Source of the DNA: Pyrodictiaceae archaeon
Lineage (GTDB): Archaea > Thermoproteota > Thermoprotei_A > Sulfolobales > Pyrodictiaceae
Direction of reading: 5' to 3'
Length of the DNA stretch: 64,000 bases
NCBI GenBank assembly: GCA_027036135.1
Contig: JALVSY010000007.1
Location: 932,880 to 996,879 of the forward strand
This document shows positions 20,396 through 30,042 of this stretch, piece by piece. A program made the translations under genes and the position numbers. The notes beneath the pieces were generated by a model. It saw only the letters and a list, made by a program, of their open reading frames with translations. It did no database searches and was not told the DNA's origin. The stretch's first letter is position 1, and each line of letters starts with the position of its first letter.

Positions 20396-21630
20396 GTATT
20401 TCCTCCCTTCATGTATTCTATTAGCTCTGTGATGTATCTTTCTAGGTGATCAAGAGGCCCTAGGCTCATGCCTATTAGTGTGCTCTTACCCCTATAGCCT
20501 TTCCCGGAGACCTTTGCTTCTATTATCCCTCGCTTCTTTAGATCCATTATGTACTCGTAGACTTGTGTGTGTCTCCTAGGTGTTTCGCCTAGTTCTTCAC
20601 ATATTCGTTGATACTCTGCTTCTACCTCGCCTATCCTGACATAGGGCTCGTTAGTAGCTCTTAATGTCCTTACTATTGCAAGGAGCAATATCATTTCGTG
20701 AAGTGGTAGGTGTTTAATAATATCATTTACCATTATTGATAGATTGGGATTGGTCTTAGTAAACGCTTTTCTCACATGCTCTATAGTGAGTATTGGTGAC
20801 CCCTCGTTATCTGCTTCGTTTCCTGCAAGCAGAAGTATTTCAAGCGCTAATCTAGCATTTCCGCTGCCCCCGGTATCCGCTCCAACAAGCTCAGCTATGT
20901 ATCGCAGTACTTCGTCGCTAACAGTTCCTTCGTAGAATGCTTCGCTGCTTCTATACTTAAGGATATCGTAAAGCTCATTGCTTGTATAGGGTTTAAAGTG
21001 TATGACGTTTCTAATTAAGTAGCTCTCTGTGGCCGTGTCAAGCCTGCTAAGGCTTGTTAGACCCCTTGTTATAAATGTAAAGCTTATTCGTTTTGTCAAC
21101 TCTGGGTGTTCGTCATAAGTCCTCACAAGGAAATAAACTGCGTCATTACCTGCGACTTCGATAAAGTAGTCAAACTCGTCAAGAGTTATTATCGCGTACA
21201 TATTCTTGTTCTCTAACTGTTTTAGAATTAATTGATACATTTCCTGGGCAGATAGACCTCTTGGCGGTATTGGTATTCTTAACTGCCTAGCTATCTCTTG
21301 TACAACTAAATATAACGTTCTATCCCTATGACAATTAACATGTACATATTCCATTTTAATGCCTCGTTGTCTAGCAAGGAGTTTAAAGTCCTGCCCGAAC
21401 CTCCTCGCCGTAACGCTCTTCCCCGTCCCTATGCTCCCCACTAAAAGAACACGTTGCGAAAGGGAGCCTGGTTCAAGTAATACTGGCCTGAAATATGTTG
21501 CTAGAGACTTTAGTTGCTCCTCGCGATGAGGTAGATAAGGTGGCACGTACTCTGGGTATAGCTTCTCTCTACTCTTAAATACCGAGGGACGCTCTAGGAT
21601 ACTTTCGATTAAGTCTCGTGTAGATGGCAT
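20392..21630 (-). CDS. cdc6: Orc1/Cdc6 replication initiator
   Basis: LPHREEQ, GSIGTGKS, LDEFD, GNARLAL, C-terminal wHTH with GYRGKS. Confidence 0.95.
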   Translation of the reverse strand: MPSTRDLIESILERPSVFKSREKLYPEYVPPYLPHREEQLKSLATYFRPVLLEPGSLSQRVLLVGSIGTGKSVTARRFGQDFKLLARQRGIKMEYVHVNCHRDRTLYLVVQEIARQLRIPIPPRGLSAQEMYQLILKQLENKNMYAIITLDEFDYFIEVAGNDAVYFLVRTYDEHPELTKRISFTFITRGLTSLSRLDTATESYLIRNVIHFKPYTSNELYDILKYRSSEAFYEGTVSDEVLRYIAELVGADTGGSGNARLALEILLLAGNEADNEGSPILTIEHVRKAFTKTNPNLSIMVNDIIKHLPLHEMILLLAIVRTLRATNEPYVRIGEVEAEYQRICEELGETPRRHTQVYEYIMDLKKRGIIEAKVSGKGYRGKSTLIGMSLGPLDHLERYITELIEYMKGGNT

Positions 21631-21664
21631 AGTTTCGGCCTACCCATTGGAAGAGTTCATAGTA

Positions 21665-22264
21665 TTACGTTTTTCTAGTTTCTCCTCCGGAGATGCCTAA
21701 TCCAATCCTACTTTCTCTCCAGAACCTCATACGGTCACTGCCTCGAGGTACTAGCGCTACAACAATGCCTTCACGCGTATCTTCTATTATAAGCGAGTAC
21801 ATAGACTTTCTACTAACTTTGATTCTAAGCATAGAAGCTAGTATATTTTGGAGCCTCTTCTGCGCTTTGCGCCTTGCAACAAGGCCTTTATACACTATGT
21901 ATATATTGCGGGGGTGAACCTCTACATAGCAATAATTAGTACACCTAGGTAAAACAAAGTCTCTAATATCTATTAGTATGGCGTCGTTAATCAATATATT
22001 CTCTCGAGTAAAGCGTATGAATTCTCTGTAGACTCTGTGAACCGGTATAAGTCTCTCAATATATGCGGGTGGTTCTCGTACAATATATTCAAAAGCTTTG
22101 TCAGCCTCCAAGCAAGAGTATACATAAATAAGCGGATATTCGGAATCACTTTTTATCTCTAAACATCCTTTATCGTAGAGGTAAAGTGCGTCACCTATCT
22201 CTTCTTCGGCTTTATCAATATGCCATTTATTAGCTATGGCTACAAGGCGCAAGGATTTCTTCAA
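21665..22264 (-). CDS. Hypothetical protein, THUMP-like N-terminus
   Basis: AEEEIGDALY..D and YIERLIPV resemble THUMP-domain proteins; AT-rich. Confidence 0.55.
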   Translation of the reverse strand: MKKSLRLVAIANKWHIDKAEEEIGDALYLYDKGCLEIKSDSEYPLIYVYSCLEADKAFEYIVREPPAYIERLIPVHRVYREFIRFTRENILINDAILIDIRDFVLPRCTNYCYVEVHPRNIYIVYKGLVARRKAQKRLQNILASMLRIKVSRKSMYSLIIEDTREGIVVALVPRGSDRMRFWRESRIGLGISGGETRKT

Positions 22265-22347
22265 AATATCACCTATTAATAAAACTTAGAATTATACGAT
22301 TTTTCGCTTAAAGTTAGATATCTAGGTAGTGGTGAGCAGGTTTTTGC

Positions 22348-23682
22348 CTAGTGATAAAATCCTAGGATTTCGTGTAAGCTGCTATATGCGTACTTTCCTG
22401 CATAGATAGCCGAGCCGGCTAGTTCTTCTTCAATACGTATCAGCTCATTATATTTTGCTACACGTTCGCTTCTTGCTGGGGCCCCGGTCTTTATGAGCCC
22501 TGTTCTTAGTGCGACGGCTATGTGTGCTATGGTTGTGTCTTCGGTTTCGCCGCTTCTATGGCTAACAATAACCTTCATTGCGTTCCGGTAAGCAAGGAAT
22601 GCGTAATCGAATGCCTCAGTCAGCGTTCCTATCTGGTTAACTTTTAAAAGAGCAGTATTAGTTGCACCCACGGATATTCCTCTATGCAGTCTTTCGATAT
22701 TCGTGACGTAGAGATCGTCTCCAACTACTAGTACTCTCTTGCCTATCTTTGTCGTCAGCTTAGCGTGACTATCGAAATCCTCTTCGTAAAACGGGTCCTC
22801 TATGCTAGCTATAGGATACTCGTTAACAAGCTCAACATAATAATCGATTAATTCTTCTGAGCTTAGTTCCTTTCCATCAAGCTTATATACCTTTCTCTCT
22901 TCGTCATAGAAATGTGAAGCTGCAGCATCAATACCTAAGTACACGTCCTCGCCAGGCTGCCAGCCAGCCCTCCTTATAGCCTCGACGAGTGCATCAAGAG
23001 CTTCTCGCGTCTCCTTCATAGGTGGCGCAAATCCGCCTTCATCACCAACATTTATAGCGATAGTTCCATACTTCTCTTTTAGATATGATTTGAGCTCGTG
23101 ATATATTTCTGAAGCCATTCGAAGAGCCTCGTGAAACGTATCAGAGTTAACAGGGGCTATCATGAACTCTTGTATAGCTAACTCATTACCAGCATGAGCT
23201 CCTCCATTAATTATGTTCATGAGAGGTACTGGCAGCAGATACGTCCCAGAAGCTCCGCCCAAGTACATATAAAGCGGGAGATCAGCAGTCGCGGCAGCAG
23301 CTTTAGCAACAGCTAATGATACAGATACAATAGCGTTTGCACCGAGTCTGGATTTATTAGGAGTGCCGTCAAGCCTAACCATTACATTGTCTATAAGTCT
23401 TTGCATGCGTGAATCAAGCCCAATAAGGCGTGGCGCAATAATATAGTTCACGTTATATACAGCCCTTTTTACACCCTTACCCTTAAACTCCCTACCACCA
23501 TCTCTAAGCTCAACAGCCTCATGGATACCCTTAGACGCTCCTGCAGGTGCTGCAGCCCTGCCGAATCCACCACCTCTCGTTACAATCTCTGCTTCGACAG
23601 TCGGGTTTCCACGAGAATCAAGTATCATTCTAGCCCGAACAGCCTCAATAATATAGTCCTCACATACATCTGGCGGAAGCAT
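22348..23682 (-). CDS. eno: Enolase
   Basis: DSRGNPTVE, GDEGGF, LLKVNQIGT, SHRSGET. Confidence 0.98.
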   Translation of the reverse strand: MLPPDVCEDYIIEAVRARMILDSRGNPTVEAEIVTRGGGFGRAAAPAGASKGIHEAVELRDGGREFKGKGVKRAVYNVNYIIAPRLIGLDSRMQRLIDNVMVRLDGTPNKSRLGANAIVSVSLAVAKAAAATADLPLYMYLGGASGTYLLPVPLMNIINGGAHAGNELAIQEFMIAPVNSDTFHEALRMASEIYHELKSYLKEKYGTIAINVGDEGGFAPPMKETREALDALVEAIRRAGWQPGEDVYLGIDAAASHFYDEERKVYKLDGKELSSEELIDYYVELVNEYPIASIEDPFYEEDFDSHAKLTTKIGKRVLVVGDDLYVTNIERLHRGISVGATNTALLKVNQIGTLTEAFDYAFLAYRNAMKVIVSHRSGETEDTTIAHIAVALRTGLIKTGAPARSERVAKYNELIRIEEELAGSAIYAGKYAYSSLHEILGFYH

Positions 23683-23723
23683 TTTCCCTACACCACTTAC
23701 AACTACAGCGACGGGGCAGAAAA

Positions 23724-24383
23724 ATGCGCATATTAGTCATCGGTGCAGGGAAGCTAGGCTCACTCTTGGCCAAGAGATTATCAGAGAAAGGGCACGAGGT
23801 AATCGTTGTTGAAAAGGACGAAAATAGGGCAAGAGAAATAGCAGAACAAGCGGATGTAGAAGCCTTCGTACGAGACGCCACAGACCCCTCTGTCTACGAG
23901 GAGGTAAATATAGCAAGTATTGATGCTGTACTAGCTGTGACAAACAGGGATGAAGTAAACCTCTTTGTCGCGATGATGGCGCGAGAGTATGGAGTGCAGA
24001 GAATAATAGTAAAGGTAAGAGATAGCAGAATAGCCCAAATAGCGTCACGAATAGGTATAGCGGAGTATGTTGTAGTAGAGCCCAAAGTAGTTGGATCAGT
24101 TATCGAGGGAGTATTAGAAGGAAAGTATAGCTCTGTAGACCTTGTGCCAGTATTTGCAGGCAACTTTCGGCTCGTAGCAATAACCATAAACGAGGGAAGC
24201 AGTGTTGAAGGTAGATTACTAGAAGAAGTTAATTACCCGAAGGATGCTGTAAAAATACTAGCTATATTTGACGGAGAAAACTTCTACGACCCAGGCGAGA
24301 TTATAAGGCTACGAGCCGGGTACCAAGTAATAGCACTTGTACGTGAAGATAAGCTGGATGACTTCCTCAAAGCATTTAGGTAA
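23724..24383 (+). CDS. trkA: TrkA-family RCK (NAD-binding) potassium transport regulator
   Basis: IGAGKLG Rossmann motif, DAT, D..N; C-terminal RCK domain. Confidence 0.88.
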   Translation: MRILVIGAGKLGSLLAKRLSEKGHEVIVVEKDENRAREIAEQADVEAFVRDATDPSVYEEVNIASIDAVLAVTNRDEVNLFVAMMAREYGVQRIIVKVRDSRIAQIASRIGIAEYVVVEPKVVGSVIEGVLEGKYSSVDLVPVFAGNFRLVAITINEGSSVEGRLLEEVNYPKDAVKILAIFDGENFYDPGEIIRLRAGYQVIALVREDKLDDFLKAFR

Positions 24384-24479
24384 AAAACTAGTACCTAGCA
24401 AGTGCTCTGAAATCGGTGAGGAATACTGAAACCAGTAGCACTAGCAATAGTTGAGACTAATAGCACAATTATTCGTCAT

Positions 24480-25295
24480 ATGAATGAATGGCTAAGGCAA
24501 GCTCTATCAACCTCGCTGGCCATAAAGCTGTTAGAGTCGCTCATAGTGCTAATAGTGGCATTAATATTCCTTAGGCTTGTAAAAGGCTTGTTAGCTAACC
24601 TTGAGCACAGAAATGTTATCTCAACGATACTCTCTGAACAGATATACAGGCTTACGGCGATATCAGTGTACAGTATTACATTGATAGTCGTAACCTACAT
24701 AATTACTGCTGTAAGCCTCCTACTGTACTTCGTCCTCGCACTAATAATTGTAATATTGGTTGCTAACTGGCACATAATAGCTGATATAGCAGCCTATTAC
24801 CTACTTATAGCGTTCCGCAACGTCTACCAAGCATCATTAATAGAACTACCAAGACTAGGTATAAGAGGAAGAATCGTCGGCTCAACTCTATTTCATACAC
24901 GAATAAGGACACCAAGCGGGAAAATAGTATACGTCCCTAACCACGTAATGATAACAGAACCCGTAATACAATCGATAGCGGTGCAATCAACAATAAAACT
25001 GGAATTAAGCCTAGATGTACCACAAACTGAACAAAAACAACTAGAAATAGATAAAATAGAGAGCAGTATACGTCAATCACTAAGAGAATCCAAGCTAACA
25101 ACACGGCCTCAAGACGTAATAGTGCAAGCGAAGAGCATGCAGGCAAATCGCATACACTTAGTCCTTTACATTCCTGTAGCGGGTAGTGAGCCAAGGCCAA
25201 GTACCATTAATAATATCGTAGCAGCACTTTATCGCAGGCTAAGAGACTTAAATCCAGAAATAAAAGTAGTCTATGAGCCTCCTCCATTAATATAG
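24480..25295 (+). CDS. MscS-like small mechanosensitive channel
   Basis: Three N-terminal transmembrane helices; TRIRTPSGKIVYVPN. Confidence 0.75.
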   Translation: MNEWLRQALSTSLAIKLLESLIVLIVALIFLRLVKGLLANLEHRNVISTILSEQIYRLTAISVYSITLIVVTYIITAVSLLLYFVLALIIVILVANWHIIADIAAYYLLIAFRNVYQASLIELPRLGIRGRIVGSTLFHTRIRTPSGKIVYVPNHVMITEPVIQSIAVQSTIKLELSLDVPQTEQKQLEIDKIESSIRQSLRESKLTTRPQDVIVQAKSMQANRIHLVLYIPVAGSEPRPSTINNIVAALYRRLRDLNPEIKVVYEPPPLI

Positions 25296-25390
25296 CACAA
25301 ACCCGGAATCCTTTTTAACAACTCACATACAACCACCCCATAAACGAGTAATACCGTAAGCAATAGAGGCAAAAAGGAGGTAACCACTTC

Positions 25391-25711
25391 ATGCCAAGGA
25401 GAAAAAGAGATCCCTATGTTTGTCCTCGGTGCGGGACACGAGTTGAACAACCAGTAAAGACATGGCAGTTAGTCTCGCCGCTTCCTGACTCCAAAGGCCG
25501 TGTTACTATCACGATAATGGGTAGCTTTGTATGCCCCAACTGCGGATACAAATGGAGAGCAGTCATATCTAAGATAAAGGTAGGTGGAGAAGAGGTCGAG
25601 CTAGAGACTGGCGGCAAAAAAGCCGAAATAAAATCATCGGCGGACAAGAAGACGGAAGAGAAAAGAGGCGAAGGAGCAGTAATCGAAATAGACCTAGACG
25701 AAATAGAGTAG
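25391..25711 (+). CDS. Zinc-ribbon Cren7-like chromatin protein with acidic tail
   Basis: PVKTWQLVSP..MGSFVCPNCGYKWR resembles the Cren7 core; two CPxCG knuckles; SD GGAGGT. Confidence 0.65.
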   Translation: MPRRKRDPYVCPRCGTRVEQPVKTWQLVSPLPDSKGRVTITIMGSFVCPNCGYKWRAVISKIKVGGEEVELETGGKKAEIKSSADKKTEEKRGEGAVIEIDLDEIE

Positions 25712-25751
25712 CCCAAACATTCATGATAACCTAAAGGAGGGTTAATGTTCC

Positions 25752-26240
25752 ATGGCTTCTTTTTCTCGAAAGGAGATGGTTAAGATACTCATACTGCTCT
25801 CGGTAACCGTGGCTACAGTACTTGCCCTAAGAACAGCCATCGTTAAGGCCACGGGGGTCTCCTCGCCAATAGTGGTAGTCAAAGGCACGAGTATGCTTCC
25901 AACTCTCTACTACGGCGACCTCGTTATAGTGCACAAGGTTCCTCCGGACAAGATACATGTAGGCGACATAATAGTCTATAAGAGCGAGTACCACGGAGAG
26001 CTAGTAATCCACAGAGTAATTAAGATAGTTAAGGGGCCTCAGTGCAAGCCACTATGCTATGTAACTAAGGGGGACAATAACTTAGTCAGTGATGCAGGCT
26101 TCCTAGAACCCACGTATGGCATAAGCTATGATAAGGTCATAGGAGTAGTATATAGCATCAATATAAAAGTGGGAGAGATAGAGGTGAAGGCCCCGCTACG
26201 AATACCTTACCTAGGCTTACTAGTCCTACTCATAAGGTAG
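25752..26240 (+). CDS. Signal peptidase I (Sec11-type)
   Basis: GTSMLPT..GD, IHRV, TKGDNN..D. Confidence 0.93.
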   Translation: MASFSRKEMVKILILLSVTVATVLALRTAIVKATGVSSPIVVVKGTSMLPTLYYGDLVIVHKVPPDKIHVGDIIVYKSEYHGELVIHRVIKIVKGPQCKPLCYVTKGDNNLVSDAGFLEPTYGISYDKVIGVVYSINIKVGEIEVKAPLRIPYLGLLVLLIR

Positions 26241-28307
26241 CATGGGTTTCAGCCTTCCATCAATAATAGCCCTAGCCACATCCTTAACCCATGAACCAGT
26301 TGAAGCAGACCTAGCTAAGCGCTCAACATAGCTACGAAAAGAGATATTATCTAGTCTACGTCTCCACTCCTCATAGCCTTCAACTAGTGAGCGATATGCA
26401 TCATAATGATACCTGCACAGTCCCTCTTTATAGGCTTCACGGTCACACACGAGGCACTTCTTACTCGGTTTTATGAATCCAAGAGCCTTAGCTAGTTCTG
26501 TGCCAGCCTCATCCATGTACGAGTCGCGGAAATCTCTGAGAATCTTATCAAGGAACTGCTTAGCCTCATCAACCACCTTGCTCCTCTTGGCCCTACCAAG
26601 CCGGATACTATTGAGTAATTGCTCGAAATGCCTAGTAAGCTCAACGCTTACTAACTGCGGGAAATACCTCTCGAGGATCTCCGCGACAGCTAGGCCGAGA
26701 TCAGTTGCATAAACCTTCCTCCTAGCCTCGGCCAAGTAGCCACGATCAAACAGCAACTTAACTATACGTGCACGTGTCGCCTCAGTACCAATACCGCTAG
26801 ACTCCATCCACTTAACGAGGCTCAGCTTGGTATGAAGCTCTGGGGCCTTTTGCAGCGATGAACGAACCTCCGCTCTCAAAACACGTAACCTAGTGCCTTG
26901 CCGTAGGGGAGGCAGCTCCTCAAGCCTAGGCCTAAGAAAGGGATAAGCTCTAAACCAGCCCTCATCCTCTATATAGCCCCCGCTGAGCTCCACGTGGTAC
27001 TTGTTACTAATCAACAAGGTAGCCCTAGTTCTCGAGACAATTGCGCTCTTCATCATGGATGCAAGGAATCTCCTCACAACCAGGTCATAGATTCTCTTCG
27101 CGGGCTTATCGAGCTTCCCCGGCAGGATCCCGGTAGGATGTATAGCTGGGTGAGCAGGGTCATCCTTCACGCCATTCCTTGGCCTAGGTTTGCCGCGGGA
27201 AATCCTGAGTATATGCTCAATAATGGGCGCATAGGGCTCTAGGCGTGCGAGCTGCCTAAGTATAGAGACAGCATCAATTGTAGGCGGTATCTTCTGGCTA
27301 TTAGTCCTAGGATAGCTAATAAGCCCGTCAAGGTACAATTGCTCAGCAATGCTTTGGGTATAGTGAGGATCATAGCCGTAGATGCGCGAAGCCTCGGTCT
27401 GGAGATCACCTAGATTAAACGGGGGAGGCGGGGGCACCTCGCGCCTAGAAGCATCCACACTAACCACAATGGCCTTGGGCCTAGCCCTTATAGCCCTGGC
27501 CACCGAGAGAGCCTCGCCTCGAGTCTTGGTGGTCACTACAGTTACTCTCTTCCTAGCACCCGGTCCAAGCTCCACGAGAACATAAACGGTGAAGTAGGGG
27601 AGCGGGACGAAGAGATTCCTCCGCTTAGTACGCTCAACAGCCTCGCGAAGAGTAGGGGACTGTACACGTCCCGCGCTAAGAACTACTCGTCTCCTACTAG
27701 CCTTCTTAACAGACTCCATCAATGCCCGGCTAACATTAATTCCCCAAAGCCAGTCAAGCTCATGCCTAGCAAGCCCAGCCTCAATCATATCCCAGTCTAG
27801 GGGCCCAAGCGACGAGAAAGCCCTACGAATATCACTCGGAGTCAAAGCACTAAACTTTACCCGACGAGCCCTCCCAGGATCGCCAAGGAAACGGATAACC
27901 AAGAACCCGATAACACTGCCCTCAATATCATAGTCACAAGCATTAACAAACAACACTGCCCCCTTCGCGAGAAACTCAAGGACACTCAAGTACTTCCTAG
28001 TATACTTCGCACCAGGGTCAATCCTCCAGAGAGGAGCCCAGTAATAACTAAACACAGGGAATCCGCGCTCATCCGTAGTGAGCCCATAGAGATGCCCAGC
28101 GGCACTACCAACAACGTAGTAGGCATCACTCCTCCTAAGCACCCAGAAAGGAACACCATTCATAGAGCAACGAAGAGGCCGAGAACCATCAGCAATATAC
28201 TCCGCAATACGCCTAGCAGCCTTAGGCTTCTCAGCAATAACAAGCACATACCTACCCGGAAGCCAACACCTAGCCCGCCTAGACCTACCCACCAACCCTT
28301 CTTCCAA
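26226..28307 (-). CDS. topA: Type IA DNA topoisomerase (archaeal Topo III/TopA)
   Basis: IAEKP, ACDYDIEG, SAGRVQSP, ISYPRT, GIGTEATR. Confidence 0.95.
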   Translation of the reverse strand: MEEGLVGRSRRARCWLPGRYVLVIAEKPKAARRIAEYIADGSRPLRCSMNGVPFWVLRRSDAYYVVGSAAGHLYGLTTDERGFPVFSYYWAPLWRIDPGAKYTRKYLSVLEFLAKGAVLFVNACDYDIEGSVIGFLVIRFLGDPGRARRVKFSALTPSDIRRAFSSLGPLDWDMIEAGLARHELDWLWGINVSRALMESVKKASRRRVVLSAGRVQSPTLREAVERTKRRNLFVPLPYFTVYVLVELGPGARKRVTVVTTKTRGEALSVARAIRARPKAIVVSVDASRREVPPPPPFNLGDLQTEASRIYGYDPHYTQSIAEQLYLDGLISYPRTNSQKIPPTIDAVSILRQLARLEPYAPIIEHILRISRGKPRPRNGVKDDPAHPAIHPTGILPGKLDKPAKRIYDLVVRRFLASMMKSAIVSRTRATLLISNKYHVELSGGYIEDEGWFRAYPFLRPRLEELPPLRQGTRLRVLRAEVRSSLQKAPELHTKLSLVKWMESSGIGTEATRARIVKLLFDRGYLAEARRKVYATDLGLAVAEILERYFPQLVSVELTRHFEQLLNSIRLGRAKRSKVVDEAKQFLDKILRDFRDSYMDEAGTELAKALGFIKPSKKCLVCDREAYKEGLCRYHYDAYRSLVEGYEEWRRRLDNISFRSYVERLARSASTGSWVKDVARAIIDGRLKPMLPYE

Positions 28308-28329
28308 GACAACCTATGCGCGAAACCCC

Positions 28330-28690
28330 AGGCCTATTAAGCATCACGAGAAGGAAAAAAAGATAGTAGCAGCCCTCCTCTAATACTACGAGAGAAACGG
28401 AAAACAACAGGAAAACAACACAGCATAGCACCCATAACACTAGACCTCCACTGGATGTGGCATATACTAGAAGAAATAGAAAGGATAAGAAACACTGTAA
28501 ACGCGATAAAAAGCAGTAGGGATGGACGCCTACAAGATGTACACCTCACTCCTAGACGCAACAAACTTCAACGAAAACGGACTACTAAGACACGGGGTCA
28601 TCAACAAGCTATACGAGGCGAAAAGAACACTACTGGTGGAGACAAGGTGCACCGGTATAGTGAGCAGCGGCTGATCATCTATTACATCAC
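28330..28690 (+). pseudogene. Probable decayed gene remnant
   Basis: Coding-like A/C-rich sequence broken into short frames (MWHILEEIERIRNTV.., MDAYKMYTSLLDATNF..) with no intact ORF. Confidence 0.35.
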
Positions 28691-28788
28691 CTTATTAGTA
28701 GGATGGTAGGTTTCTCTGTTTTGGCATGGTGTTTCCCTGAGCTAAGAGTATTAGCGCTCTCCTAGGTAGGGATAAGCACGGGGAGACG

Positions 28789-29133
28789 GTGCGCAAAACA
28801 ACGACTAAAGATGTCCTAGAATTAATCAAGAGAGTCGTATTGGAGGAGGCTGGGAAGTTAGGAGTCAGAGTGGAGAGGATCATATTGTTTGGTAGTCGTG
28901 CAAGGGGGGATTATCGCGAGGACAGTGACTACGACATACTAGTAGTTGTGAGTGAGAGGCTCGACTGGAGGGTGAAGAGAAGACTATCGTTAATGATTCG
29001 CAGAAGACTGGTAAGGGAACTTGGAATACCCGTAGACCTCGTGATAGTATCGCTTCGCTACTGGGAAGAGTATAAGGATGTCCCTGGAACCGTGTTGTAC
29101 CCGGCAGAGAGAGAGGGAATAGTGATTGCATAG
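28789..29133 (+). CDS. Minimal nucleotidyltransferase (MNT/MntA-type antitoxin)
   Basis: LFGSRARGDYREDSDYD (GSx10DxD), PVDLV; 114 aa. Confidence 0.92.
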   Translation: MRKTTTKDVLELIKRVVLEEAGKLGVRVERIILFGSRARGDYREDSDYDILVVVSERLDWRVKRRLSLMIRRRLVRELGIPVDLVIVSLRYWEEYKDVPGTVLYPAEREGIVIA

Positions 29134-29491
29134 AATATCCTGCAACTGGATAGCGAACGCAGAGAAGGATCTCAAATGGGCCGAGAGAATGCTAGGGGAA
29201 GGAGACTACGACTACTCATCCTTTCACTGCCAACAAGCCGCCGAGAAAGCCTTGAAAGCCCTATTAATAGCATTGGGGCGTCAGCCGCCAAAGACACACT
29301 CAATAGAACATCTACTTAACCTTATAGAGAAAGAGGGCATAAGCGTGAGAGAAGTCTGGGAAGCGGCAAGGCTCACAGACTACGCCGTGGAAGCGAGATA
29401 CCCTGACTTCGAAGAACCAGTAACAGAGAAGGAGGCCGAGAAAGCACTACATTTAGCAAAAGCTGTTCTGAAATGGGTAAGGAGAGGCTAA
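29126..29491 (+). CDS. HEPN domain protein, partner of the MNT (possible 3' frameshift)
   Basis: AEKDL, FHCQQAAEKALKA, KTHSI, EARYPD; overlaps the MNT stop. Confidence 0.9.
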   Translation: MHRISCNWIANAEKDLKWAERMLGEGDYDYSSFHCQQAAEKALKALLIALGRQPPKTHSIEHLLNLIEKEGISVREVWEAARLTDYAVEARYPDFEEPVTEKEAEKALHLAKAVLKWVRRG

Positions 29492-29543
29492 AGGAGATGG
29501 GAATAGTGTGTTAAGGTACCGAGTTTATATTCTTGGACTTGAT

Positions 29544-29849
29544 CTAGTGTGGTCGTAGTTTGTCTAGTATGAGTAGCCATTTTAGTGGGATTGGCTGTAC
29601 TTTTCCTCCCCTTGTGTACCTCACTATGGTCATTGGTAGTGCTTCTGCCTCGAGCTCCGCCTTTGCTAGGAGTACCGGGTCTTCCCGGACATGCTTGGGC
29701 AGGGAAGACGTGTCTATGAGGACTGGCGCGCCCATGCTTATTTGTAGCGCTCTAGCACCTATTACCCTGGCTCTCTCAAACCTTGTTAGCCAGGGAGGAC
29801 CGATCTCGATTTTCTTCTTGAGCTCCTCAATGCTCAGTTCTTCGCCCAT
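29544..29849 (-). CDS. rpo6: RNA polymerase subunit Rpo6 (K)
   Basis: [22 protein letters not shown]; start ATG 29849 (MGEELS). Confidence 0.95.
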   Translation of the reverse strand: MGEELSIEELKKKIEIGPPWLTRFERARVIGARALQISMGAPVLIDTSSLPKHVREDPVLLAKAELEAEALPMTIVRYTRGGKVQPIPLKWLLILDKLRPH

Positions 29850-30042
29850 GCTAGGCGCCCCTGCACCTAGGTCTTTTCCTAGGGAGAAAATAGAACTTGT
29901 CCTAAACAAGCCTACCTATGTAGTGAGTAGTAGTCGAGGAAAAGAACTTCTATGGATGAGGCGGCGAAGCCCTGGTTTAAAAACCCTAGAGGATGTCTTT
30001 AGGGAGATTAGTTTGTTGTTTAGAGAAGAAATCCTTGGCTGT

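Noticed and set aside
21631-22347. Replication origin directly upstream of cdc6
   Set aside because: Spacers are short and AT-rich, but no repeated ORB with a G-string was found
24400-24440. CTGA-aatcg-GTGAGGA K-loop-like word between trkA and mscS
   Set aside because: No flanking C and D boxes or terminal stem at the proper spacing
28455-28709. 84-aa ORF as an intact gene
   Set aside because: Low-complexity second half and coding signal that shifts frame; treated as a remnant
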